Shown here: piece by piece, positions 41,048 through 50,806 of the stretch | Layout of the letters: the number at the start of each line of letters is the position of its first letter | Position numbering within the stretch: the stretch's first letter is position 1 | Assembly (NCBI GenBank): GCA_007376445.1 | Contig: VMGF01000001.1 | Location: forward strand, 21,802-85,801 | Reading direction: 5' to 3' | Length of the DNA: 64,000 nt | Source of the DNA: Parcubacteria group bacterium Gr01-1014_3 | GTDB taxonomy: Bacteria; Patescibacteriota; Minisyncoccia; UBA6257; WO2-44-18 | The notes under the pieces: model-generated | Told to the model about the DNA's origin: nothing | The model's input: only the letters and a program-made list of their open reading frames with translations | Databases searched by the model: none | Made by a program: the position numbers and the translations under genes

Positions 41048-41322
41048 TTTTTACCTCGCTTCTTTTCCTGGCAGCACGGAAACTCCTTGCAATGAATATG
41101 AATTGGATTCCCACAGCCAGGACAATGAAGATAGTGTCCGTATGGGGCTCCGCCATAGCGTCCAATCGGATCGGCGATGGTTAACTTCAGCTGACATTCG
41201 CACAGGAGGCACACGACTTTATCGCCTTCCCAGCAACAGCAGGTTGTTTTGTTTTTCTTCTGACGAATCTTCTTTTCCGCTTCTTCGATAATCAGCGGCC
41301 TTCCGACTTTTAGAATCTTCAT
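41044..41322 (-). CDS. zinc-ribbon protein, paralog 2 (SD-led)
   Basis: WEG-x4-CLLC...CPGC; AAGGAGGT upstream. Confidence 0.72.
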   Translation of the reverse strand: MKILKVGRPLIIEEAEKKIRQKKNKTTCCCWEGDKVVCLLCECQLKLTIADPIGRYGGAPYGHYLHCPGCGNPIHIHCKEFPCCQEKKRGKK

Positions 41323-41332
41323 TTGACCTCCT

Positions 41333-41533
41333 TTAGGCAACCCCGAACTCGATTCGATGGCTACATGCTTTGCAGTTGAAGACGTACTTTCTTTTACTGC
41401 CGAGCCATCTTGCGCCCTTACGAACATCGTCTCCAGCTTTCAAGACATGGATTGTTTTACAGTCCTGTCTATCGCACTGAACCTGTAATCCAACCCACGG
41501 CTTCGGACTCTCATTCTTCGCATCCAGTGGCAT
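41333..41533 (-). CDS. zinc-ribbon protein, paralog 3 (SD-led)
   Basis: WVG-x4-CDRQDC...CKAC; GGGAGG upstream. Confidence 0.72.
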   Translation of the reverse strand: MPLDAKNESPKPWVGLQVQCDRQDCKTIHVLKAGDDVRKGARWLGSKRKYVFNCKACSHRIEFGVA

Positions 41534-41550
41534 AACGCCTCCCTTTCAAA

Positions 41551-41620
41551 CCAGCGCACATAACAATTTATGTGCGCGGCCGAGCATATAAAAGGAATTC
41601 TTATGTGCTCGGGTACCGCC
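41551..41620 (-). promoter_or_regulatory. two-hairpin 5' leader shared with 13494-13560
   Basis: Near-identical ~70 nt between promoter and SD of two unrelated ORFs. Confidence 0.75.
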
Positions 41621-41648
41621 AGAATAGTACAACAAAACTAACTATGCC

Positions 41649-41759
41649 GCAACTGCTTTCCTATAGGAAAGCAGTTGCTATCCAGCTGGATAGCACTATC
41701 GCGCGTGATAGCATCTTCGCTTTCCTGAGGGAAAGTACTTTCCCTCAGGAAAGCGAAGA
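41649..41759. repeat. CTWTC-N6-GAWAG palindrome array 4
   Basis: Five units abutting the minus-strand TTGCGG-17-TACTAT promoter. Confidence 0.8.
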
Positions 41760-41841
41760 GCCGTGAATAAAAAAATCCCACACATAAATTATGTATGGGA
41801 CACCGGCGCAAGCTTGCCCGCCTAGGGTGGGTTAATGCGCC

Positions 41842-42153
41842 TTATCGAGCCGATCCTTTCAACTTAGAGACTGTCGGCCTCTCGTAGGATTCGGTCAGAA
41901 CGCCGAGATCCCACTTGAAGCCGAGGGCCGTCGCAAGCCGGACCATCATCTTGATGGTGATTGGAAACTCGCCATCCAGCAGTTGGGAAAGATATTCAGA
42001 TGGAATACCAACCCGCTTCGCCAACTCATCCTTGGAAATACCCCGGGCGTCGATCGCGTCATAAACCTTACTCGAGATAGCCACATGAAGTCGACTGGCC
42101 TCGCCCTGAACCTCGCGCTCAATATTCTTCCGCTTTTTCAAGATCTCATTCAT
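41842..42153 (-). CDS. XRE-family HTH protein (SD-led)
   Basis: ISKDELAKRVGIPSEYLSQLLDGE...IKMMVRLATALG. Confidence 0.85.
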   Translation of the reverse strand: MNEILKKRKNIEREVQGEASRLHVAISSKVYDAIDARGISKDELAKRVGIPSEYLSQLLDGEFPITIKMMVRLATALGFKWDLGVLTESYERPTVSKLKGSAR

Positions 42154-42359
42154 TTGCCCACCTCCTTACGACGCACATGCGTGCTTCGGCCACAGCTCGG
42201 ACACTGCGCCGGATTCCGGCGGAAGATCCTGGTCGTTTCAAGTCCCTCCTGTTCAATCGTAACCGATTCAACGCGCTCAACCTTGAAACTCCGTCCGCAG
42301 TTTTGGCAGTCATATTCCTCTTCGTTCTTCGGTGCCGGCTCAAGCGGTGGAAGGGTCAT
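42150..42359 (-). CDS. zinc-ribbon protein (SD-led)
   Basis: CQNC...CPSC; TAAGGAG; TTGCCA-17-TACTAT. Confidence 0.72.
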   Translation of the reverse strand: MTLPPLEPAPKNEEEYDCQNCGRSFKVERVESVTIEQEGLETTRIFRRNPAQCPSCGRSTHVRRKEVGK

Positions 42360-42418
42360 TAGCTGAACTCCTTAAAGTGCTAGCCAGATAGTACAATAAA
42401 AGATTGTACTTGGCAAGC

Positions 42419-42747
42419 TTACCCACGCACTAATTTTGCTTATTCAATATTTAAATTTTCTATCTTTAAGTCTTATCTAAATCAAAACAGCGATACGCTA
42501 GGGATCACGGCTATTCGCCGCCCGCGTATCGCTGTTCATATATCTGCAAAATTAGTGCGGGGTTATCGTTTTGTTGCTAAAATTTCGGTCGAAACCAACT
42601 CCTTCGTCGGAACGTCTCGGAGGCGGTTTTGCTTGGTTCAAAAACCGCCGAGAGAGAAGAAAAGTTTGCCGCTGGAGCAAACTTATTCTGGTTCCGAAAA
42701 GGAGTTGGTTGAGGGTACCGAAATTTTAGACAAAACTGATAAAAAAT
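42419..42747. repeat. large structured dispersed element, copy 1
   Basis: About 170 bp near-identical to 52441-52611 plus a shared closing arm; nested stems. Confidence 0.88.
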
Positions 42748-42754
42748 GGCCCGC

Positions 42755-43294
42755 TTACGCAGGACCATTATCTTCTCCCGAACTCTTATCCTCTTCACTT
42801 TCGTCTTCTGTTTCAACTTCCCGTCGCCAGCCATCATCTCCGCTATAAATCCATTTTCCAAAATCAATCACATTCACGACGGTGTGGGATTTATCTAAGA
42901 TAACCACGCGATGTCCCAGCTTCAACTGATCGATACACATCCTAAAAACGTCCAAAGCCTCGTATAAAAGATCGGCTCGCTCAAGGCGGCACTCCTTTTC
43001 TAGCTGATTCAATTCGGCATCAACCTTTTCATCCATCGAAAAAACAAAGAAAATCCGGCGAGATCCATCTGGCAGCTGACCACAGATTAGAGTCTCGCAT
43101 CGCCAACAATACTGCACTGGAAATCCTTCTTGGTTAATTCCAATCCGGATCTGGGTATTGCAAAGATCACAGGTCAACCAGATATCGACGTATACATTGG
43201 CGTCAGGGTCGAACTCCTTCCATGACACCGTCTTGCCTCTATCTCGCAGGCTGAGTTTTCTCGCGGCGCGGCGCGCTCTGAGCCATTCTAACAT
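42755..43294 (-). CDS. zinc-ribbon plus RHH-like protein with acidic tail (SD-led)
   Basis: CDLC...CWRC; FSMDEKVDAELNQL...RADLLYEAL. Confidence 0.7.
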   Translation of the reverse strand: MLEWLRARRAARKLSLRDRGKTVSWKEFDPDANVYVDIWLTCDLCNTQIRIGINQEGFPVQYCWRCETLICGQLPDGSRRIFFVFSMDEKVDAELNQLEKECRLERADLLYEALDVFRMCIDQLKLGHRVVILDKSHTVVNVIDFGKWIYSGDDGWRREVETEDESEEDKSSGEDNGPA

Positions 43295-43519
43295 ATGATT
43301 TCTCCTGAGGGTTTGTGAGGTTTAAAAGTACGCCAAAATAATACAAAAGAAAACGCGTTAACACAACCCCTCCTTTATTCCGCCGAGGGCTGACAAAAAG
43401 GAAGAGCGCTCGACTTACTTTCAATGATAGTGATTAAAGAAAAGAGGTGTATTGACGCGTCAGCACAGGAAATAAAAAACCCTCCGACCTAAGCCGGAGG
43501 GCAACTTAATTCTATAGCC

Positions 43520-44011
43520 CTAATGCCTTTCGAGATGCCAAGCCTTGATACATTCCCAAATCTTCCCCGTGTCTATCCACTCGCAGGCCAGCTTGAGGGT
43601 CTCCGGAGCAATCGCTTCTGCAAGTTCCTTTGGTGTCTCTAGCGGACGCGGGTGAGCACCACAACCTGTCGAGATCCACCAAACGGATTTATTATCGAAT
43701 CCAAGACCTCGAAATGGCTTCCCGAAAACATGACCGTTAAAAAAATAAACGCCGCCTAGATATCCTCGATTTCCCAATTGAATTAGCTTTTTCCCGGTTT
43801 CGGTTTTTCTGAAACCATCCACCCACTCAAAAATCCTCTTGGCATGTTCCAAGCCGTTTTTAAGACCCTCTTCCTGACGCTTGAGCTCGTCTTGTTTCGC
43901 TTTATTTCTTTTTGCTCTCTCGCTTGCCTCTTCACGATTCATTCCTGCTAACTTCTCATCGATCAGCTTCTTCATTTCATCCGGCACAAAATCATCTTTC
44001 TCGATACTCAC
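43520..44011 (-). CDS. hypothetical protein (SD-led, GTG start)
   Basis: AAAGGAGG upstream; terminator at about 43473-43501. Confidence 0.72.
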   Translation of the reverse strand: MSIEKDDFVPDEMKKLIDEKLAGMNREEASERAKRNKAKQDELKRQEEGLKNGLEHAKRIFEWVDGFRKTETGKKLIQLGNRGYLGGVYFFNGHVFGKPFRGLGFDNKSVWWISTGCGAHPRPLETPKELAEAIAPETLKLACEWIDTGKIWECIKAWHLERH

Positions 44012-44065
44012 CCTGCCTCCTTTCAATGTGCGAATATACAACACTATATCACAATACTTTGTTTT

Positions 44066-45364
44066 CTAAGAACTGATATCGTTGATGTCGTTTTGGAATT
44101 GCTGGGCGCGGATCACTACCCGTTCGCCATAACCCCAAAGATGCCGGCGCCAATTTCCGCCAGCGTAATATTTCGCCGCCGCGCAACGCTCCACGTCTAA
44201 CTTCTTACTATAAATAGCGTCACATCCCCTAGAGGCATCCTTCAAATATAAAGCCGTCGCCACGAAAGCGTCACCGTTATTCCACGGTGAAGCCGGGCTG
44301 TGTCCGGTAATATCGGCGACTTTGTCCTTGTAAAGATTCCAGGTGGACGGGATAAACTGCGCCGGTCCCATCGCGCCGCCATAAGCCCCATCTGCATTCG
44401 CGCAGGAAACGGTGATCGTATCAGGATTTATGCCCAGCGCGGCAACCAGAGCAAGAAAGGAAGGAATGTCGCGAGTCGGATGCATCGCGGTTTTGTATCC
44501 GCATTTTCCGACATTCTGGCCCAGCGCCGATTCACGATCCAGCACGGCCAGGATCATCGCCGCCCGGATGCCAGTAGCCTGTTCGGCGAACTTGGCGAAG
44601 TCATAAGCTTTTTCGAAAGTCAGCGAACCGCCGCCGAGGAGTTCGAACAAACGGCTGCGGATCTGCGCCGCGGTTTTCTTGGTCTGCTTCACAATGTCCT
44701 GATATTTCGATTCCTGGCCCTTAGTTACCGCGAGGATCGTGGCTTTTTCCTGCTTAGTGCCTTGCAGTGTTTTTTGTTGGGCGTCGTGAGCGGCCTTGAG
44801 ACGCGCGGCATCACTCCGCTTTTCCGCGAGATCCTCTTTTTCTACTATCAATCGCCCGCGAAGATTCGTAACAGTATCCACCGTCAGAGCCAAATTACCC
44901 TGGATCGAAAGACTGTTATTTACGTTATTAAAAAAATCAGAGATGCGCGGATTTTTCAAAAGTACCTCCACCAAACCGGCCCGGTCCTTTTCGTACATAT
45001 CCCTGAGCAGCCGGTAGAGCGCGGTTTTGTTGAGTTCAAGTTTATCTTCAGTAACTTTGATCTGCGATTTATTTTCGACAATCTCTTTATCCAGCCTAGC
45101 CAAGGAAAGACCGATGGCCTTTATCTGTAAATTCAGTTTGTTGATGCGCGCGTTCAACCCACTAATTTCTCCCTGTAAACTTTTCCCTTGTTTCTGATAA
45201 AGCTCGATAGTGGCTTGATCTTTCGCAATTTGCGCCTCCAATTCAGCCAGTTGTTGTTCCAAAGCCGCCCGCTCCTCCTGGCTGGTAGCGGCCAGCGAAA
45301 ATAGGCTAGGCGTGAGACCAGCTAAGAAAATAGCTATTAAAAAACCTGCCAGATACTTTGTCAT
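44066..45364 (-). CDS. coiled-coil plus lytic murein transglycosylase
   Basis: Signal peptide, long coiled coil, RESALG, GAMGPAQFIPSTW. Confidence 0.9.
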   Translation of the reverse strand: MTKYLAGFLIAIFLAGLTPSLFSLAATSQEERAALEQQLAELEAQIAKDQATIELYQKQGKSLQGEISGLNARINKLNLQIKAIGLSLARLDKEIVENKSQIKVTEDKLELNKTALYRLLRDMYEKDRAGLVEVLLKNPRISDFFNNVNNSLSIQGNLALTVDTVTNLRGRLIVEKEDLAEKRSDAARLKAAHDAQQKTLQGTKQEKATILAVTKGQESKYQDIVKQTKKTAAQIRSRLFELLGGGSLTFEKAYDFAKFAEQATGIRAAMILAVLDRESALGQNVGKCGYKTAMHPTRDIPSFLALVAALGINPDTITVSCANADGAYGGAMGPAQFIPSTWNLYKDKVADITGHSPASPWNNGDAFVATALYLKDASRGCDAIYSKKLDVERCAAAKYYAGGNWRRHLWGYGERVVIRAQQFQNDINDISS

Positions 45365-45412
45365 CCTTATTACTATTATAACCAAAAAGCCCCCAAATGG
45401 GGGCTTTTTGTC

Positions 45413-46102
45413 TTATTTAGTCTTAGAAGCAGCTTCCGGAGCCTTAGCTACATCAGTGGCGGCTTTGACTGCGTCACGCTCGGCTTTCTTCTCTTCTGTC
45501 TCTACTTTAATGTCCTCGATCTTCACCTCGGCGGCCAATTTAGCCTCTTCCTCTTCGGTCATCGGAGCGGTTACGGTGGCGACTACGGTATCATCATTTA
45601 CCAATAGTTTTACGCCGGTTGGAATATTTAAATCTTTTACATAAACGCTCTCGCCGATCTTAGTGATCTTAGAAAGATCAACTTTAATGTTTTGCGGCAT
45701 TTCGGCCGGCAAGGCTTCTACTTCAACTTCTTGCATCGGTTTCACCAAAATACCCTTTTCACCGGTCACCGCCACGGATTCACCCACGAATTCAAATGGA
45801 ACTTTAACTTTAATCTTCTCATCAAGACGAACCTGATAAAAGTCCACGGTATTGATGGCATCGCTGACCGGATCCAATTCTACGTTTGAAATCATGGCTG
45901 GGCGCTTGTCCTTTCCCAGAACCACGTTGATCATGGAACTTTCGCCGGCCTGCTTTAAAACTTTCCGGAGATCCTTAAGAGCCACGACTAAGTGGAGGTT
46001 CTCGATGCCTTTTCCATAAAGCTCAGCCGGGATCATGCCCGCCTGACGCAAAGTCTTAACGGCTTTGCCGAATTTTTCTCTTGTTTGAACTTGTAGATCC
46101 AT
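45413..46102 (-). CDS. rplY: 50S ribosomal protein L25/Ctc
   Basis: LRQAGMIPAELYG, VDFY, long form. Confidence 0.95.
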   Translation of the reverse strand: MDLQVQTREKFGKAVKTLRQAGMIPAELYGKGIENLHLVVALKDLRKVLKQAGESSMINVVLGKDKRPAMISNVELDPVSDAINTVDFYQVRLDEKIKVKVPFEFVGESVAVTGEKGILVKPMQEVEVEALPAEMPQNIKVDLSKITKIGESVYVKDLNIPTGVKLLVNDDTVVATVTAPMTEEEEAKLAAEVKIEDIKVETEEKKAERDAVKAATDVAKAPEAASKTK

Positions 46103-46174
46103 TGCTTGTACTCCGCCAATATAGCTAATCTAGCACCAATATACGAATTAGCATATTCGCGCTTGATTCGTATA

Positions 46175-47044
46175 TTAGTGAAGTTTATTGAACAGTTTCA
46201 ACCTATTGTAGACTACTTTCTTCATCTCATCAAGTGCCGGGCCCATTAGTTTGTAAGGAGCGATCTCCTCGGGTTTTTCTTTGAGGCTCTTCTCCATTCC
46301 TTCACGCCACGCGGCGCGAAGCTCGGTGCTGATATGAATTATCCGCACACCGGCATCGATGGCCAGTAAAAAGTCGGCGTCGGTATTGCCGGAGCCGCCA
46401 TGAAGCACCAATGGCACTTTTGCGGCCATTCGGACGGCCCGAGTGCGATCAATATCTAGCGCCGGTTCCGGAGCATTAGCAAACATGCCATGAATATTCC
46501 CCACGGCCGGGGCTAAAAGATCTATGCTGGTTTCTTCCGCGAACTTTGCCGCCTCTTCGGGTGTGGTCAGATCTTCAGGTTTAATAGCGGCTCCTTTGGG
46601 AATTTCTTTTCTGATAGTAGAGCCACTGCCGATATAACCCAGCTCTCCCTCCACCACGATCTCCTCGGATCTGGATCGGACATACTCCACTACCTCTTTC
46701 GTTTGCCGGAGGTTTTCTTCCATTGGCAGCTTCCCACCGTCAAAAAGCACGGCATCATAACCCGCTTCCACCGCTTCTTTGATTTTATCCAAAGAATGCG
46801 TATGGTCAGCGTTCAAAAAGATTTCCTGATCGTGTTCTTCGCGTAAAGTTTTCACCAGCGCGGCGGCTTCACGTGTATCAATGAATTCCCTCTCGCCTTC
46901 CGAGGTGCCGATAATCACTGGAACCATCAGTTCCCGAGCCACTTCAGCGATCGCATTGAGCATTCCGAGTTCAGAAATATTAAAGTGGCCGATAGCGATA
47001 TTCTTGCGGTCAGCATCTTCTAAAACTTCTCGTAAATTCCTCAT
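46175..47044 (-). CDS. fba: class II fructose-bisphosphate aldolase
   Basis: NADH, VEGELG, GNIHG, LVLHGGSG. Confidence 0.92.
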   Translation of the reverse strand: MRNLREVLEDADRKNIAIGHFNISELGMLNAIAEVARELMVPVIIGTSEGEREFIDTREAAALVKTLREEHDQEIFLNADHTHSLDKIKEAVEAGYDAVLFDGGKLPMEENLRQTKEVVEYVRSRSEEIVVEGELGYIGSGSTIRKEIPKGAAIKPEDLTTPEEAAKFAEETSIDLLAPAVGNIHGMFANAPEPALDIDRTRAVRMAAKVPLVLHGGSGNTDADFLLAIDAGVRIIHISTELRAAWREGMEKSLKEKPEEIAPYKLMGPALDEMKKVVYNRLKLFNKLH

Positions 47045-47135
47045 GATTACTATTCTAACCCTAAGAGCGACTAGCGACTAGGGCTTAGCGACTAGAATTT
47101 CCTAATGGCTAGTGGCTAATCGCTAACTAACTATT

Positions 47136-48401
47136 TTAAACTTCAAACCATCCTTTGAAAATATTCGCCTTACTCCGTTTCTCCAGCTCTTCCACGTTAA
47201 AATAATTTGAGAATATTTTATTCCAAAGCGCTTCCTGCTGATGATAGAGATATTTATTTTTATATTTACGCATCACCAATGCCATCACGGTATCCACGAT
47301 ATTAAAGCTCACCAGCACCTCCACGCCCGTATCGGTCTTAAAGAAATCGCCGACCGTGCCCAGACTTTCCCAAAAATCCAAACCATTCTTGAATTCCGGC
47401 ATTTTTCCCGGTATGCCGGTCAGCTCTATCTCTGCTTTTTTCCAATGCAATGCTTCCGGGTTCACGCGCGGCTCAAACAACCGCCAATCATTCTCGTCAT
47501 CCTTTGATAAATACCGCTGTACCACTAAAAATCTCGGCCTCCTGAACTCCTGCATCATCTCCGGCAAACGATGCTCTGTCACATCACCCCGCAAAAGTGA
47601 GATTAACTTTTTAGCGAACTCATGGCCATTGCCCATTTTTTGGATTATCCCGGAATAAAACTGCACCTCGTTTAAATAGTGAAGCAATAAGCAAACTAGG
47701 CGCAAAGTTTCTCCGGAGATACCCAAAAAGATTGGAATCACGAATATCACGCCCATCTCTTTGAGGTGGCTGACGTTGTGGTACTTCTTCGCCACGAACT
47801 TCTCGGCGGCTTTGGCCCACTTCGGGCTCAGCGCCTTTAAAACTATTTCACGTTCTTCGAAATCCTCAAGGCGCAAAGATTCGTATTGCTTGAAAAAAAC
47901 TTTATTCAACCAGTCAGCCTCTTCCAGAAAACGAAGCGCGCAAAAAATCTCCAACAGGTCCTCTTTTTGCAGCATCTCATCCACGTATTGATACCCTAGC
48001 GCTTTTAAAATATTTTTTGGCGGTTCGGCGATCAATAACTGCCTGGCTTTTTCATGCTTAAGAAAAAAGCCTTTCTGGCTAGGATGAATTTTTTTTAACA
48101 TATCCACGACTTTACCCGCGTCTTTTACGTGGTCGAAGCCTGTCATTTCAAGCGCTTTAAATAAATTAAGGTCATCCGCCTCAACTTTGCTGATCAAGGC
48201 ATCGAAAAGCTCCTGGGCTGGAACGCTGCGGCTAAGCCCTAGCGTATCGAGGCGCGCGGTCACTATCGCCTCGTTTTCTTCGGCGATCTTTTTGATGACA
48301 TTAATTTTCCCGGTGGCTCTTTCCATTTCGGCGTCAAATTCCGCGAAAACATGCTTATCCATGCGCAACATCCGCGCGATCTTGTCGTGATGAGGGGTCA
48401 T
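47136..48401 (-). CDS. hypothetical protein within the sugar-phosphate cluster
   Basis: 421-aa ORF; KKYHNVSHLKEMG, LLLHYLNE, PEALHW. Confidence 0.8.
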   Translation of the reverse strand: MTPHHDKIARMLRMDKHVFAEFDAEMERATGKINVIKKIAEENEAIVTARLDTLGLSRSVPAQELFDALISKVEADDLNLFKALEMTGFDHVKDAGKVVDMLKKIHPSQKGFFLKHEKARQLLIAEPPKNILKALGYQYVDEMLQKEDLLEIFCALRFLEEADWLNKVFFKQYESLRLEDFEEREIVLKALSPKWAKAAEKFVAKKYHNVSHLKEMGVIFVIPIFLGISGETLRLVCLLLHYLNEVQFYSGIIQKMGNGHEFAKKLISLLRGDVTEHRLPEMMQEFRRPRFLVVQRYLSKDDENDWRLFEPRVNPEALHWKKAEIELTGIPGKMPEFKNGLDFWESLGTVGDFFKTDTGVEVLVSFNIVDTVMALVMRKYKNKYLYHQQEALWNKIFSNYFNVEELEKRSKANIFKGWFEV

Positions 48402-48444
48402 ATGGTGAGTCTAAAGTTGAAAGTCCTTAAAGTCCATAAAGTAA

Positions 48445-49452
48445 TTATGTTAAGCTTTCAATCTTGATTTCTAAATCTTTCCAGCGAGGATCTTTGTCGA
48501 ACTCTTCACGGGTTAAAATACCATCAGTCGCGCCGATGTGCTCGACTACCGAAGTAGAGTTAGCCGCGGCGAATCGAATCGCCTTTTTGATTAAATCAGC
48601 GTCACCGTAATTCCTGAACCTTGCCAGCATCGCCGTAAACCCGCTGCCAAAAGCGTCTCCCGCGCCGGTACGATCCACAATCTCCTTTTCCCGATAAATC
48701 CCGGAACGATAAATGCGTTTACCGTCGGAAACTATGGCGCCGTTCGGCCCATCAGTAATAGCCACGATTCCAGGCATCCGCTTATCCAATTCTTTAAAGA
48801 CTTCTTTTTCTTTTTTATAGGGCATTTTTAATAGATCGGCCGCTTCGCCGGTGTTCAAGACCAGAAACTCAATATCTTTTAACGAATCCAATATCTCATT
48901 CGGCCAATGTTTGATGTGATGACCGCTAGGGTTAAAAGCGACTTTGATTTTATTTTTTTTGGCGAATTGAATAAGCGACGGATACATCGCGTCCGACTCG
49001 CCAGCCAAAGAAATATACCACCATCGGGCTTTGAGTTTTTCGAGATCAAGGTCGCGGATCGAAAGCGTGTCTGAAGCGCCGTGATAACTCAAAATAGTCC
49101 GTTCGCCGTTTCTTAATAGCAAAGCCGAATAAGCGGTTGGCTTTTCATTGGAAATCACTGACAAGCTCGTACTCACTCCCTCCTTTTTTAACTGCTCAAG
49201 AATCTCCGCGCCGGGAAGATCATTACCAACTTTGGCCAAGCAGGCAGTTTTAAAACCATGCCGCGCGAAAGTCACGCTGGCATTAGCGGAATTGCCACCG
49301 ATCTTAAAATAAGCCTCATCCACACCCAACTTCTCGCCCAATGGCAAAACAATCGCCTTTTTAAGAGGCGCGGCGGGCCAGTTAGTAAGCGGATAGTTAG
49401 CTTTCAGGAAATTATCCCTGGTCGCGGAACCGATTGCTACGACATCGTACAT
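48445..49452 (-). CDS. PfkB-family carbohydrate kinase
   Basis: GGNSANAS, DRTGAGDAFGSGF. Confidence 0.93.
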   Translation of the reverse strand: MYDVVAIGSATRDNFLKANYPLTNWPAAPLKKAIVLPLGEKLGVDEAYFKIGGNSANASVTFARHGFKTACLAKVGNDLPGAEILEQLKKEGVSTSLSVISNEKPTAYSALLLRNGERTILSYHGASDTLSIRDLDLEKLKARWWYISLAGESDAMYPSLIQFAKKNKIKVAFNPSGHHIKHWPNEILDSLKDIEFLVLNTGEAADLLKMPYKKEKEVFKELDKRMPGIVAITDGPNGAIVSDGKRIYRSGIYREKEIVDRTGAGDAFGSGFTAMLARFRNYGDADLIKKAIRFAAANSTSVVEHIGATDGILTREEFDKDPRWKDLEIKIESLT

Positions 49453-49498
49453 AATCTTAATTTTAGCATAAAAATAAAAAGCCGCCCCGAGCAGGCGG

Positions 49499-49618
49499 CT
49501 AAAGATCCAAATGAGTGTAAAGTCCGTAGACCATAGCGATCGCGATACAAATTATCGAAAGGGCGCAAATGACTGCCGCGCCGATCATCAAAACGGCTTT
49601 CCATGGGAAATTTTTCAC
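49499..49618 (-). CDS. 39-aa single-TM peptide (not in ORF track; SD-led, GTG start)
   Basis: MKNFPWKAVLMIGAAVICALSIICIAIAMVYGLYTHLDL; GAGGTG, TTGAAA-17-TAAAAT, terminator. Confidence 0.6.
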   Translation of the reverse strand: MKNFPWKAVLMIGAAVICALSIICIAIAMVYGLYTHLDL

Positions 49619-49656
49619 TCGTCACCTCGATGTACTAGTTAAATTTTAACCGATGC

Positions 49657-50688
49657 CTATTTTCTTTTCAATACTTTTTTCACCGCGCCAACGATATCTT
49701 TCACTCCCATTCCATACTTTTCAATAAGTTCCAGCGGAGCGCCGGATTCGCCAAAGACATTTTGAAGACCGATGAACTCCATCGGTACCGGACACTTTTT
49801 TGCTAAAAACTCCGCGACAGCTCCGCCAAGACCGCCAGAAACCTGATGCTCCTCCACCGTGACCACTGCTCCAGCTTTTTGCGCTACTTCCAAAATCGTG
49901 TGTTCATCGAGCGGTTTTACCGTGTGGCTATTTATCACCGTCACGTTTATTTTTTCTTTTTCCAGTTCTTTGGCGGCAAGCAGAGCGTTGTGAAGTAAAA
50001 GCCCGCAACCAATGATCACCACATCCGGCTTGCCAACTTGTCCTGAGCCCGCCTGCCCCGCCGTGGCGGTGGCCGAAGGATTCCACATTATCTCCGCTTT
50101 TCCAGGAGTAAACGGCGTGTCTTCCGTGGTCATCACCGGAGATTTCTCGCGCGCGAAACGGATATAAGTCGGGCCCCAGAGTTTGGCCGCGGCGATGGTG
50201 GCCTTTTTAGCTTCGATCGCGTCGCAGGGTACAAACACTTTCATATTCGCCAGCACGCGCATTGTGGCGATATCCTCTACTGCCTGATGCGTGGCCCCAT
50301 CTGGCCCCACCGAAATGCCGGCGTGATGCCCGGCGATCTTCACGTTGGAATCGTTGTAGGAAATCGTAGTTCGGATCTGCTCCCAGTTTCGGCCAGGAGA
50401 GAAGGCGGCGTAAGAAGAAATAAAAGGAATCTTTCCGGAAACTCCCAGTCCCGCCGCGATGGCCGCCATATTTTGCTCCGCCACGCCAAGCTCAAAAAAT
50501 CGTTCAGGATATTTTTTCGCGAAAGCTTCAGATCGGGTAGACTCGCTCAAATCCGCGCAAAGCACCACCACATTCGGGTCGGCCTCGCCGGCGATCAAAA
50601 GCCCATCGCCGTAACCATTACGAATAGGCTTTTGATCTACGTCCTTATCAAAAACTTTCGGATTTAGTTTTAGTTCTGGGTTTAACAT
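49657..50688 (-). CDS. transketolase, C-terminal subunit
   Basis: GVAEQNM, GPDGATHQ, VEEHQVSGGLG. Confidence 0.95.
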   Translation of the reverse strand: MLNPELKLNPKVFDKDVDQKPIRNGYGDGLLIAGEADPNVVVLCADLSESTRSEAFAKKYPERFFELGVAEQNMAAIAAGLGVSGKIPFISSYAAFSPGRNWEQIRTTISYNDSNVKIAGHHAGISVGPDGATHQAVEDIATMRVLANMKVFVPCDAIEAKKATIAAAKLWGPTYIRFAREKSPVMTTEDTPFTPGKAEIMWNPSATATAGQAGSGQVGKPDVVIIGCGLLLHNALLAAKELEKEKINVTVINSHTVKPLDEHTILEVAQKAGAVVTVEEHQVSGGLGGAVAEFLAKKCPVPMEFIGLQNVFGESGAPLELIEKYGMGVKDIVGAVKKVLKRK

Positions 50689-50806
50689 GGAATAATTTTA
50701 AATTATAAATTTTAAGTTTTAATTGAATGAATCAATGAACAAATTTTTAAACATTTTATCATTTTGATTTAATTTAAAATTAAAAATTTAAAATTGAAAA
50801 TTAGCG

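Noticed and set aside
40292-41759. CRISPR array
   Set aside because: The palindromic units are 16-18 bp, adjacent and variable, with no regular unique spacers and no cas genes.
42555-42867. ORFs 42555-42848 and 42577-42867
   Set aside because: They run through the structured repeat and are not preserved in its second copy.
43353-43460. Imperfect long hairpin upstream of ORF 42755-43294 as a possible riboswitch
   Set aside because: Single copy, mixed mismatch types and no recognisable aptamer motif; too weak to call.
39752-44011. Intact prophage
   Set aside because: No integrase, terminase, capsid, tail or lysis genes, and no att-like flanks seen.
44300-45130. Long antisense ORFs (also 8642-9280, 27553-28089, 59979-60647)
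   Set aside because: They are shadows of well-supported opposite-strand genes and have no motifs or start signals.
49437-49625. 62-aa ORF from the track
   Set aside because: It crosses a terminator; another frame (49499-49618) has a correctly spaced SD and a coherent TM peptide.
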